From NCBI GenBank assembly GCA_001781125.1, contig MFKT01000001.1, positions 3,630 to 67,629 on the forward strand: a DNA stretch of 64,000 nucleotides. Reading direction: 5' to 3'. Below are positions 25,588-35,114 of the stretch, one piece after another. Position numbers and translations under genes: made by a program. How positions within the stretch are numbered: position 1 is the stretch's first letter; every line of letters begins with the position of its first letter. This DNA is from Candidatus Kaiserbacteria bacterium RIFCSPHIGHO2_01_FULL_53_29. Lineage in GTDB: Bacteria > Patescibacteriota > Minisyncoccia > Phycocordibacterales > UBA2100. A model generated the notes under the pieces. The model was not told the DNA's origin and did not search any database. It worked only from the letters and a program-made list of their open reading frames with translations.

Positions 25588-28407
25588 ATGCCTCCCATGA
25601 TGGAGAAGCCGCGTGTTGCGGCACCAGAGAAATTTAAATCTCCCGAAGAGGAGTTGGCCTATTTGCGCGAGCGGGTGCGGGAAAAAGAGTCGGAAATGGA
25701 AGCGCCGGATAATCGCTTCGAGAGTGACCGCATCGCGAAACGCGAAGTTGCCGCATATGCCGATACGCCGGCGGCGACCATCCTTCACGAGACGGTGGTC
25801 ATGGCTGAGCACGACATTCTCAAAAATGTCCTCAAGCTCGAACCGGAAACTCACGACAAGCAGGTAGACGAGATTTTGAAACTGGTCGCCGAGCGCGGGA
25901 TCAGGAACGCACTTTCGGTTGCCGCACGGATGAAGAATCCGCATTTGGAAGATGATATTCACCGCGCGCTCGTGCGCTACCTTGCGGAAGGCCTGCCCGA
26001 TAAAGGGATGGGGGTTCCGGAGAAAGTGCGCCGCGCGCTCAATATGGTGCTGTTCGAGATTCAGCCGCAGGCGTATGGTGAGGATACTACGCGCAGTCGT
26101 GATCAATACAAACTTGAGCAGATGCTCTCGTCAACTGAACAGCTTTATGCGGGGCTCACCTCACTTATCGATCCGCACGAGGGATTTTCACTTGAGATCG
26201 CTGTACAAGAGGGCACCGAAGAAGCGTTTTTATACCTCGCGGTGCCGCGGGTGAAAAAAGTCCTCGCGGAGCGCCTTATTTCTTCCGTTTTCCCCAACGC
26301 GCACATGTCGGAATCACGCGGCGACTACAACATCTTCAATTACGAAGGCGAGCATGCCGCAGCCTACGCTACTCTTGCTGAACACCCCTCGCTGCCCCTG
26401 AAGACGCCCGAGCTTTTTGAGCACGACCCTATGAATATTCTTCTTGCTGCGTTCGCGAAGATCGCGAAGCACGGCGAGGGAGCTGCGCTTCAGATCACGG
26501 TCTCGACCGAAGGTGACCGTTACAACCTTCACTACAAGAAAATCCTGCGTCAGCTCGAGAAAGGCAAGATCTTTCACAAAGCCATCAGGATCCCCGAGAC
26601 GACGATTATGGAAGCGGTTTACGTGATGACAAAGAAAGTATTCATGCCCAAGGAGTATGAAATGGAGGTTGAAAAACAGTTTCGCCGCACGAGCGATCAA
26701 GTGGCAACCGAGGAGATTACCAAAAAACTCAAAAGTCGTATCGCGCCGGTTTCGATCCGTATCGTTGCATCGGCGCCCACCAAGTCTCGTGCGCAGGAAA
26801 TTTTGGATAATCTGAAGGCGCCATTCAACCAATACGACGATCCGAGAGGTAACCAACTGAAATTTAAAGATATAGGCAGCTGGGGACTGACTGATTTTTT
26901 GCGCAGTTTTACCTATCGCGAATTTGACCACTCGATCTCGATGCCGCTCTCGCTCGCTGAAGTGACCTCGATGTTTCACTTTACGGCAGAGCGCCTCACG
27001 ACCTCGCGAGAGCTCAAGCGCAGCTTTGCCAAGCAAGCCCCCGCGCCGATCGAGACTCCCGCAGATGGCATTACGATCGGTATCAACAAATATGGCGCGG
27101 ACGAAACCCCCGTGCACTTCGGGGCAAGCGATAGGCTGCGACACGCGTACGTGATAGGGCAGACGGGTACGGGAAAGACCGGATTCCTCAAGAATATGAT
27201 CATCCAAGATATCAAGAACGGCGAAGGCATTGCATTTATCGATCCACACGGCAACGACATTGAGGATATACTCGCGTGTATCCCGAGAGAGCGTATGCAG
27301 GACGTAATTTATTTCGATCCCGCCTACACCGCGCGACCGATGGGCCTCAACATGCTCGAGTACGACCGCTCGAAGCCCGAAATGAAGACGTTCGTCGTCG
27401 ATGAAGTGTATGGCATCTTCCGCAAACTCTACGCCGATGTGCCCGAGGCTTTCGGTCCGATGTTCGAGCAGTATTACCGCAACGCCGTGCAGCTTGTCGT
27501 TGAAGATCCCGATACCGGCAGTACATTTGTCGAGATCCCGCGCGTATTCGCCGATACCGCATTCCGCAATCTCAAGCTCTCGCACTGCAATAACCCCATC
27601 ATCGTACAATTCTGGCGCAAGATCGCGGAGCAAGCACAAGGTGATCCCAGTCTCGAAAATGTCGCTCCCTACATCACGAGCAAATTCGACGTCTTCCTCA
27701 CCAACGACATTATGCGGCCGATCGTAGCCCAAGAAAAATCGGCATTCAATTTCCGCGAGATCATGGACAAGAAGAAGATATTTCTCGCGAATCTCTCCAA
27801 GGGGCGTTTGGGCGATCGTAATACCTCGCTTCTCGGCCTCATTCTCGTTTCCAAATTCCTGCAGGCTGCTTTCTCGCGCGTCGATACCCGTGGCGATGTG
27901 TTACCCGTCTTCTATCTCTACATCGACGAGTTCCAAAACTTCGCGACACCGAGTATCGCAACCATTCTCTCCGAAGCCCGCAAATACAAACTTTCGCTCA
28001 CCATCGCGCACCAATTCATTGCCCAGCTTGAAGAAGACATTCGCGATTCGGTCATCGGCAACGTGGGCACCAAGGCAGCCTTTCGCATCGGCACGCAGGA
28101 TGCTGAATTTTTGGAGAAGCAGTTCACGCCGATCTTTATGCAGCAGGACCTTGAGAACCTTCCTAACAGAACCGCGGTCCTCTCGCTTCTGGTCAATGGC
28201 GTCCCCGCGCGGCCCTTCACCATACAAACGCAAGACCTTCCTACGATGGACTACAGCAAGACGGATGCTATGAAGGAACTTTCATACGCGACCTACGGGA
28301 AGGATAGGGAAGAGGTGGAAGCCGACATCCGCCGCAAGTTCGAAGCCGCCTACGGCAAAAAGCCCGCTCCACTGGTGCCCGAATCCCCTACACCGTTGTA
28401 TCAATAG
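25588..28407 (+). CDS. VirD4/TraD/HerA-like coupling ATPase
   Basis: Walker A GQTGTGKT, IDPHG, LYIDEFQNF, LSEARKY..HQ. Confidence 0.88.
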   Translation: MPPMMEKPRVAAPEKFKSPEEELAYLRERVREKESEMEAPDNRFESDRIAKREVAAYADTPAATILHETVVMAEHDILKNVLKLEPETHDKQVDEILKLVAERGIRNALSVAARMKNPHLEDDIHRALVRYLAEGLPDKGMGVPEKVRRALNMVLFEIQPQAYGEDTTRSRDQYKLEQMLSSTEQLYAGLTSLIDPHEGFSLEIAVQEGTEEAFLYLAVPRVKKVLAERLISSVFPNAHMSESRGDYNIFNYEGEHAAAYATLAEHPSLPLKTPELFEHDPMNILLAAFAKIAKHGEGAALQITVSTEGDRYNLHYKKILRQLEKGKIFHKAIRIPETTIMEAVYVMTKKVFMPKEYEMEVEKQFRRTSDQVATEEITKKLKSRIAPVSIRIVASAPTKSRAQEILDNLKAPFNQYDDPRGNQLKFKDIGSWGLTDFLRSFTYREFDHSISMPLSLAEVTSMFHFTAERLTTSRELKRSFAKQAPAPIETPADGITIGINKYGADETPVHFGASDRLRHAYVIGQTGTGKTGFLKNMIIQDIKNGEGIAFIDPHGNDIEDILACIPRERMQDVIYFDPAYTARPMGLNMLEYDRSKPEMKTFVVDEVYGIFRKLYADVPEAFGPMFEQYYRNAVQLVVEDPDTGSTFVEIPRVFADTAFRNLKLSHCNNPIIVQFWRKIAEQAQGDPSLENVAPYITSKFDVFLTNDIMRPIVAQEKSAFNFREIMDKKKIFLANLSKGRLGDRNTSLLGLILVSKFLQAAFSRVDTRGDVLPVFYLYIDEFQNFATPSIATILSEARKYKLSLTIAHQFIAQLEEDIRDSVIGNVGTKAAFRIGTQDAEFLEKQFTPIFMQQDLENLPNRTAVLSLLVNGVPARPFTIQTQDLPTMDYSKTDAMKELSYATYGKDREEVEADIRRKFEAAYGKKPAPLVPESPTPLYQ

Positions 28408-28443
28408 TTTCGTTTGCCCCTCAAACGTGATACATTATCGCTC

Positions 28444-29046
28444 ATGGAACATCCGAAAGACGAACGAACGCTGGTCATCATCAAACCCGATGGCGTGCAG
28501 CGCGGGCTCATAGGAGAAATAATAAAACGATATGAGCGCACGGGCCTCAAGATGGTCGCTCTGCGATTTGGCGTCGCGGATGAGAAGAAATTTTGGGAGC
28601 ACTACAACAAAGACGACGCGTGGTTCTTGAAAAAAGGATCGAAAATTGTGGAAGATAAGAAAGCCAACGGCCTGCCTGCGGACAAAGAGCCGCTCGAGTA
28701 CGGCAAAGACATCATCCGGCAGCTCGTGAAATTCATGACAAGCGGCCCGACCATATTTATGGTCTGGGAGGGCAATCAGGCGGTCGCAGTTGTGAAGAAA
28801 TTGACGGGCGACACCGAGCCGGCTACCTCGGATGTGGGAACGATCCGCGGCGATCTCACACTCGACTCGTACACCATCGCGGCGGTGGACGATCGCGCGG
28901 TGCGCAACCTGATCCACTGTTCCGAGAATGTCGACGAAGCGAAACGCGAACTTGCGATTTGGTTTACCGACGCAGAAATCACTGAATACCGTCTCGTCAC
29001 CGAGCAAATTTTGTACGACGTGAACCTTGATGGTATCCTTGAATAA
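28444..29046 (+). CDS. ndk: Nucleoside diphosphate kinase
   Basis: ERTLVIIKPDGVQRGLIGEII, GTIRGD, NLIHCS. Confidence 0.95.
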   Translation: MEHPKDERTLVIIKPDGVQRGLIGEIIKRYERTGLKMVALRFGVADEKKFWEHYNKDDAWFLKKGSKIVEDKKANGLPADKEPLEYGKDIIRQLVKFMTSGPTIFMVWEGNQAVAVVKKLTGDTEPATSDVGTIRGDLTLDSYTIAAVDDRAVRNLIHCSENVDEAKRELAIWFTDAEITEYRLVTEQILYDVNLDGILE

Positions 29047-29092
29047 TTTCCTTCACACTTGCTTCTTTTAGGGCGGTGGTATAATCGGAGAT

Positions 29093-29207
29093 AGCGGTAG
29101 GTATAACACCTGCTGGTGCTATAAAGGGAGCTCGAATCGCTCTACGCTTTGGTGTAGATGCTGAGAGCACCCACCTGGTTTCACCCAGGCTTGCCGTACT
29201 TGCCGCT
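29093..29207 (+). ncRNA. ssrS: Probable compact 6S RNA
   Basis: Own TGgTATAAT promoter and terminator; closing stem agcggtaggtat/gtacttgccgct; GGGAGC...GCACCCACCTG signature as recalled from Firmicutes-type 6S RNAs. Confidence 0.55.
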
Positions 29208-29211
29208 TCCG

Positions 29212-29238
29212 AAAAGTCCTGCGATGAGCAGGACTTTT
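29212..29238. terminator. Intrinsic terminator (bidirectional)
   Basis: aaaagtcctgc-gatga-gcaggactttt. Confidence 0.75.
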
Positions 29239-29256
29239 GGGTGCTAAAATCGTTCG

Positions 29257-30636
29257 ATGGCATCAAAAATCACATTTCATGGCGGTGCGGGGACGGTGAC
29301 GGGAGCGGATTTTCTTTTGGATACCGGTTCTAGCAAAATATTGATCGATTGCGGCGTCTTGCAGCGCGAGCCCCGCTATGAGCGGGGCGAACACGTGTGC
29401 GACACGGCAAATGCTGCCGCCTTCCCATACGATCCGAAAGACATCGATGTACTTGTGGTGACGCACGCGCATGCCGACCACATCGGGCGCATCCCGAAGC
29501 TCGTGCGTGATGGATTTAAGGGTGCAATACATTCGACAGCCGCCACAAAGGACCTCACGGCTCTGATGTTCGACGATGCGCTCAATGTGATGCACGAAGA
29601 GGCGAAGCGTCATGGCTGCCAATTACTGTATGAAAAAGAGGATGTGGAGCGCACGCTTTCACTGTGGCATGTACACGAATACCATGAGGTATTTTCGATA
29701 GGGGACGTATCCGTTGAACTTCTTGATGCGGGACATATCCTGGGCTCGGCGATGATCCGTGTCAAACGCGGTGAGAAAAGCATTATTTTCACCGGCGACC
29801 TCGGCAATTCCCCCGAGCCCCTCTTGCACGACACAGAAGATCCAACGGGCGCGGAGTATCTTGTAATGGAAAGCGTGTATGGTGACCGGCTGCATGAGGG
29901 GCGTAAAGAGCGGCGGGAACACTTACGAGCTTCCGTGGAAGGAACGCGGGCACGAAGGGGCGTTTTGCTCATCCCCTCATTTTCGATCGAACGCACGCAA
30001 GTGCTTCTGTACGAGCTCAATGCAATGATAGAAGAGCGGATCATGCATCCAATCCCCGTCTACCTCGACGCGCCGCTTGCGATACGGGTCACCGACGTGT
30101 TCCGGAAACATTCGAACCTCTTGAATCCGGCAGCACGAGAACATTTTGAGCATGGCGCCGACCCGTTCTCCTTCAAACATCTCACCCTCACACGGCACAC
30201 CGGCGAATCGCAGGCAATCCACAAGGCGCCAAATCCGAAGATCATCATTGCCGGCGCAGGAATGTCCGGGGGCGGCCGCATCCGTGAGCACGAAAAGTAC
30301 TATCTGGGCGACAAACATGCGACTGTTCTTTTCGTCGGCTATCAAGCACCCGGCTCTTTGGGCCGGCACATTCAGGACGGAGCAAAAAAAGTGGAGATCG
30401 ACCGCGGACATATCCGTATCCGTGCACGAATTGAGACACTTTCCGGATACTCCGGCCATGCCGACCGTGATCAGCTGCTCAATTTTGTAGAGAATGCGGG
30501 AGAAGGACTCCGGCGGGTGTTCGTTACAATGGGCGAGCCCAAGGCGTCGCTTTTTCTTGCGCAGCGTATCCGTGATTTTCTCGGAGTGGACACAGTTGTG
30601 CCGGAAGCGGGAGAATTTTTTGATATTGAGTGGTAA
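29257..30636 (+). CDS. MBL-fold beta-CASP ribonuclease
   Basis: THAHADHIG, AGHILGS, MESVYG, SGHAD. Confidence 0.93.
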   Translation: MASKITFHGGAGTVTGADFLLDTGSSKILIDCGVLQREPRYERGEHVCDTANAAAFPYDPKDIDVLVVTHAHADHIGRIPKLVRDGFKGAIHSTAATKDLTALMFDDALNVMHEEAKRHGCQLLYEKEDVERTLSLWHVHEYHEVFSIGDVSVELLDAGHILGSAMIRVKRGEKSIIFTGDLGNSPEPLLHDTEDPTGAEYLVMESVYGDRLHEGRKERREHLRASVEGTRARRGVLLIPSFSIERTQVLLYELNAMIEERIMHPIPVYLDAPLAIRVTDVFRKHSNLLNPAAREHFEHGADPFSFKHLTLTRHTGESQAIHKAPNPKIIIAGAGMSGGGRIREHEKYYLGDKHATVLFVGYQAPGSLGRHIQDGAKKVEIDRGHIRIRARIETLSGYSGHADRDQLLNFVENAGEGLRRVFVTMGEPKASLFLAQRIRDFLGVDTVVPEAGEFFDIEW

Positions 30637-30787
30637 GGGGGTGCTCGACGGATGTTATCTTTTTCCGTCGCTATTCTAGCGGCTGGTGCCGCAGCGCTCG
30701 GTCTCGCCGCCGACGCGGCTGCGAAGCCGGAAAAAGACAACACCCGCACTCGCTTTTACTGGAAAATTCAATGATACAATCTTCTTC

Positions 30788-31471
30788 ATGGGAAAAAGGA
30801 ATCTCCATCCAAACCACACGGCACCACCGCTCAATTTTTGTCGACTGCCCGACGGCTACGGCGTCGTGAAGATCGGCATCTCGGGCGCAGCCGAGACTGG
30901 TGCATGCGGGCTCGATGCATATGAGAAGGCAAAGGAGTTGGGACGTGAGATCGCAAAGCAGGGTAGCATCATCACCACGGGTGCCACGACCGGATTTCCC
31001 ATGTACGCCGCGATGGGCGCGAAGGACGAGTGCGGTTTCTCTATTGGTTTTTCGCCCGCCGCGAACGAACGCGAACATGTCGAGACATACAAACTCCCGC
31101 TTGAATTCATGGATGTCATTGTATATACGGGCTTCGGCTATGCGGGGCGCGATCTGCTCTTTGTGCGCTCCTCCGACGCAATGATTATCGGGTGCGGACG
31201 CATCGGGACCCTCAACGAATTTGCGGTTGCGTTCGAAGATCGCCGCCCCATCGGCATTCTCGAAGGCACATGGGAGACTGATGAGATTCTGCGGCACGTC
31301 ATCAAAGAAGCGCACCGGCCCAACAAAAAGATCGTCTTCGACTCTGATCCCAAGGCACTCGTCGAGAGGCTCATCGAAATGGTAACCAAAGAAAAGGAGA
31401 CGACGATGCTCGTCTACAACAACCATGACAGCCGGAGTGCCTCCGGCAAAAATCAGGAGGTGGTTTTGTAA
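30788..31471 (+). CDS. LOG/SLOG family protein
   Basis: ELGREIA, TGATTG, GRIGTLNEF; TACAAT-N7-ATG. Confidence 0.8.
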   Translation: MGKRNLHPNHTAPPLNFCRLPDGYGVVKIGISGAAETGACGLDAYEKAKELGREIAKQGSIITTGATTGFPMYAAMGAKDECGFSIGFSPAANEREHVETYKLPLEFMDVIVYTGFGYAGRDLLFVRSSDAMIIGCGRIGTLNEFAVAFEDRRPIGILEGTWETDEILRHVIKEAHRPNKKIVFDSDPKALVERLIEMVTKEKETTMLVYNNHDSRSASGKNQEVVL

Positions 31472-31481
31472 ACTTTCCCGT

Positions 31482-31829
31482 CTAGCCGTGGAGCTGTTTC
31501 GTCAGCCGTTCGAACACTGCAGGATGGTCTTTGGCGAGTTCGGAGAGAACCTTGCGGTCGAGGGGGATGTTGGCTTTCTTGAGTGCGCCGATGAATTTGG
31601 AATACGAGAACCCGAGCGGGCGCACGGCGGCATTGATGCGGAGTGTCCAAAGATTGCGAAATTCGCGTTTCTTTGCGCGGCGGTGACGGAACGCATGTGC
31701 GCCGGCATGGCGGATCGCTTCCTTGGCAACCCGCTCCTTGCGCGAACGATCGAAACGATAGCCTTTGGTCTGGGCCAGAATATTCTTGCGCCGCTTATTC
31801 TTTTGTACACCCCGTTTTACTCTCGACAT
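31482..31829 (-). CDS. rplT: 50S ribosomal protein L20
   Basis: MSRVKRG, LWTLRINAA, LDRKVLSELA. Confidence 0.97.
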   Translation of the reverse strand: MSRVKRGVQKNKRRKNILAQTKGYRFDRSRKERVAKEAIRHAGAHAFRHRRAKKREFRNLWTLRINAAVRPLGFSYSKFIGALKKANIPLDRKVLSELAKDHPAVFERLTKQLHG

Positions 31830-31855
31830 AAATTACTTGTAGTGAGCTAGTCGAA

Positions 31856-32038
31856 CTAATTCGGCAAAAACCGACTGCGGTTTTGTGGTGTCATTTGCAT
31901 GCTGCTGGCGCGATTGTTGCGCATCTTCTCGCTGCCGGAGCGCTTGGCATTGAAGTGATTGTGCCCGGGCACCCGCGAAACGATCTTGCCCCGACGCGTT
32001 ACCCGCAGGCGCTTGCTGAATGATTTGTTGGTTTTCAT
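31856..32038 (-). CDS. rpmI: 50S ribosomal protein L35
   Basis: MKTNKSFSKRLRVT..GK; upstream of rplT. Confidence 0.93.
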   Translation of the reverse strand: MKTNKSFSKRLRVTRRGKIVSRVPGHNHFNAKRSGSEKMRNNRASSMQMTPQNRSRFLPN

Positions 32039-32140
32039 GGAAAAACCGCACTTCGGCGGTCAGGGCATTATGCCCGAAAGGGGACAAAAAGCAAATTCGT
32101 GTACGTCCGGTCCCTTTGGCACTCCTCGGCTGATAGATGG

Positions 32141-34204
32141 CTAGCGATAGCGATAGTACGGGAGTTGTGGGTAGTTTGTTCCAAACAAGTAGTTTGAGAA
32201 AGCTCTACCAGCATTGAATCCGCCTAGGATTTGATTTGTCACGAAAGCATCGACGTTGCCTATGTTTGGTGGCAGACTGACACGGTTACCAATCAGTGAA
32301 TCCGGTACCCGGTTTGCGATGGGTACGGGGTCAAGAGTTGAAACTTCCCTGTAGTAGTCGTAGTTGGTGCGGTTTGGCTCTGCGGGTGTCTCTCCGAGCA
32401 GTGGAGAAGATGCCTGTATTCCCGAGGATCCGTCGGGATTTACGAACGTTGCTCTGGGGGCTTCCGCACGACCATCGAAAGAGGGAGGGAGTTGACCATT
32501 ACTATTGCCATTTGTGAAGTTAGAGCTCCCTGAATCGTTCGACTCCGGCGCAAGGCCAAATCCTGGTCTGTTACTAAACTCTTGCGGTGAGAAGTTTTGA
32601 GCGTCTGTTACGTAGCTAGGAAATTCATTGGGTCCGGTCGTCACATACGGATTCAGCGGCAAATTGTCACCCGCGTTCGCGTAGAATAAATCGTTCGGTT
32701 GACCCGACTGAGCGGGCGGCGCCCACGGGGCATCAAAGGGGCCGTAAGTCGAAACGTCACTGTTCGGCCCGAATGTATCAATTCCCGACACCTCCACATC
32801 CCTCCATGAGCTGAGAGTCGTTTGCATACACATGCCGCAACTATTCTCGAAACTACGTTCGGGTTGTGGGGACACTTGGTCAGGAGCAAGTAATTGATTT
32901 TGCGTTTCCGCTCCATCGCTTGAACCGGTCTTGTATATTGTATCGGGATTCTCGAGCATATCCCTACGCGGGTTAGGGCTCTCATTCGCTAGCTCTTGAT
33001 TTTGTGATTGAGCCTCCAAGGAACTTCGATCATTGGTCGGCAGGTCTTCGGTGGGGGGAGGGGTTGGAAGATCCGCCGCATTCTCATTGACCATCAGGAC
33101 TTCGGCTCGTTGGAGTTCATCCATCGATTGAAATTCGGTAGACTGGTCCAGCTGAATACTCTCTAGTCCGGATGTATCGGCTTGGTTGATGCCTAAGTAG
33201 TCCATTGCCCCTTCCCATGCGCTTGCAGTTGTGTCCCGAACTGCATTCCATGTACTTGCAGCAGCATCGCGGATCGAATCTACCCATCCCGACGTCTCTT
33301 GGTTTGACGAATCGAAGCCCCCCGTTTGCTCCTGTGAGAAAGTACTCCCGGAAGAAAACTGCTGCGTCATCGTGTATGCGCCGCTCCTCTTGAAGGCTTC
33401 TTCGGCATCACTTCCGCCGACACCACTACCACTCTGTTCAGCCATGAGGCGCTGGATATTCTCAGGGGCCACACCCTGGGTCGGTTGCGCGTTTTGCGGT
33501 ATCGACGCTTCGTCCTGATAATCCTCTCCTCCATATTCGTCGGCATCGCTTTCAATGTCACTGAATGATCCATTTTCAGGTAGCGGAGCTTTACTCTCCG
33601 AAGAGTCCTTCGCTTCCAAACGTGCGTCGAGTGGCTGGAGTTGGAGGTTGGCTGCACTCTGCTGCAAAGGCCCGGTATCATTCCCCCCTTTACCCGCAGC
33701 ACTCGGAATTTGCGGCGCTCCGGGAGATCCGCTACCTGCCTGTTGTGTACCACCCGGCTTGCTCCCCGGCGGTACGCATTTCCCGTCGAGCAGCTTTGTA
33801 CACTTATTGCTATGCTTCGGACCACCAACACAGCATCCCAAAATGCCGCTCTGACTGTATGCGGCTTCTGTGCATGACGATTCACAATCAGGATCTTTGG
33901 GACACTGCTCGATGCCTTTTGCCGTCTTCTCCCGGCACTTTGGTATTACGCAGTTCCGCCAATTTGTCTCGCACATATTCTTGTCTTTCTCGTTGGGATC
34001 AGTCATACATTTGTTATACGCCTGTTCGCATGCCCCGCCCGAAGTAGCTGCGGCGGCGGCGGCTTGCGCAAGAAACGCAGAGCGGTCGGGTGCAGTGCTG
34101 GTGAATTGTGTCAGACCGAAATTCGCGAGGCCGAGAATTGCCACCAATACGAGCAACGGATGAATAGCGATGTTGTCGCGCAAATTCGGACCCTCTCCAG
34201 GCAT
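32141..34204 (-). CDS. Large secreted protein with N-terminal Cys-rich domain and acidic low-complexity body
   Basis: 687 aa ORF, hydrophobic N-terminus, ten Cys near the N-terminus; CATAAT-N6-ATG. Confidence 0.75.
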   Translation of the reverse strand: MPGEGPNLRDNIAIHPLLVLVAILGLANFGLTQFTSTAPDRSAFLAQAAAAAATSGGACEQAYNKCMTDPNEKDKNMCETNWRNCVIPKCREKTAKGIEQCPKDPDCESSCTEAAYSQSGILGCCVGGPKHSNKCTKLLDGKCVPPGSKPGGTQQAGSGSPGAPQIPSAAGKGGNDTGPLQQSAANLQLQPLDARLEAKDSSESKAPLPENGSFSDIESDADEYGGEDYQDEASIPQNAQPTQGVAPENIQRLMAEQSGSGVGGSDAEEAFKRSGAYTMTQQFSSGSTFSQEQTGGFDSSNQETSGWVDSIRDAAASTWNAVRDTTASAWEGAMDYLGINQADTSGLESIQLDQSTEFQSMDELQRAEVLMVNENAADLPTPPPTEDLPTNDRSSLEAQSQNQELANESPNPRRDMLENPDTIYKTGSSDGAETQNQLLAPDQVSPQPERSFENSCGMCMQTTLSSWRDVEVSGIDTFGPNSDVSTYGPFDAPWAPPAQSGQPNDLFYANAGDNLPLNPYVTTGPNEFPSYVTDAQNFSPQEFSNRPGFGLAPESNDSGSSNFTNGNSNGQLPPSFDGRAEAPRATFVNPDGSSGIQASSPLLGETPAEPNRTNYDYYREVSTLDPVPIANRVPDSLIGNRVSLPPNIGNVDAFVTNQILGGFNAGRAFSNYLFGTNYPQLPYYRYR

Positions 34205-34326
34205 GTCAGCATTATGACAACATTTCTAACTGTCTGATGCCCCCCTGTGTACAAGCTGATGCCCCCGCGCGGTTACGAACATCCGCACGGGAAGCATGTA
34301 TAGAGAGCTCAAGCAAGATCTGGCCA

Positions 34327-34938
34327 CTATGCGTGGTCTTCGGCTGGTGCGACAGGATCAGGCGTTTTCGGCGCCTTCGGCGCGGATGTTTTTTTGGACG
34401 GATCCCGCTCGATCGATACGGAAAGCCCCTTGAGACCCTTTTGGATCGGCTCGGCTATTTTGTAACCCTCGGGAATGACCGCAAGAAAACGCTCGAGGCG
34501 CTCCTTGAGGAAGCCAAACTCCATATACTTGTACCGGCCCCAGAGAAAAAGATCGACGCGCACGCGATGTCCCTCTTTGAGCCAGGCCGCAGCTTTGCCG
34601 GCTTTGATCTGCATGTCACGTTCGCTCGTGCCGATCTTCACCTGTGTCACTTTGGTTTCCGTCACATGCGCTTTTGATTTTATTTCCTTGTCTTTTTTCT
34701 TTTGTTCGTATTTGAATTTGCCATAATCGGTAATTTTGCACACCGGCGGCTGCGCGTTGGGGGATATCTCAATGAGGTCGAGTCCCAACTCTTGTGCCTT
34801 TGCGATAGCTGCGCTTATCGCGAGGATCCCGAAATTTTCCCCCTCTGGCCCAATGACTCGCACCTCCGGCGCGCGAATGCCCTCATTCATCCGTGCGCGA
34901 GTCTTTTCGGCCTGTGATGTGTACTTGGTGAATCCCAT
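34327..34938 (-). CDS. infC: Translation initiation factor IF-3
   Basis: NEGIRAPEVRVI, LDLIEISPNAQPPVCKITDYGKFKYE. Confidence 0.96.
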   Translation of the reverse strand: MGFTKYTSQAEKTRARMNEGIRAPEVRVIGPEGENFGILAISAAIAKAQELGLDLIEISPNAQPPVCKITDYGKFKYEQKKKDKEIKSKAHVTETKVTQVKIGTSERDMQIKAGKAAAWLKEGHRVRVDLFLWGRYKYMEFGFLKERLERFLAVIPEGYKIAEPIQKGLKGLSVSIERDPSKKTSAPKAPKTPDPVAPAEDHA

Positions 34939-35059
34939 CCCGTTAGAGGTAGGAAGCTTGCGCTTCCGACGCGAGTATAAACTTTTGTGAGTAGAGTTTC
35001 ATCTGTTGCAAATGTATCATCCGCATACTACTACGAAACTTCCGTAACCTCTAACGGGA
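34938..35059 (-). mobile_element. 122-bp CCCGTTAGA-family element at the infC start
   Basis: Perfect 13-bp inverted repeat tcccgttagaggt/acctctaacggga; TGGG (minus strand) duplicated; mini-ORFs 35064-35017 and 35020-34943. Confidence 0.8.
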
Positions 35060-35114
35060 CCCATTTGTTAGGGGGACTATAGCACGAGATAGGGGCCCGA
35101 TACAATTGTTTGCA

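Noticed and set aside
26314-27732. 472-aa minus-strand ORF and similar long antisense ORFs (19883-20812, 36181-37098, 46109-46918, 48046-49212)
   Set aside because: All lie opposite well-supported genes and have no recognisable motifs.
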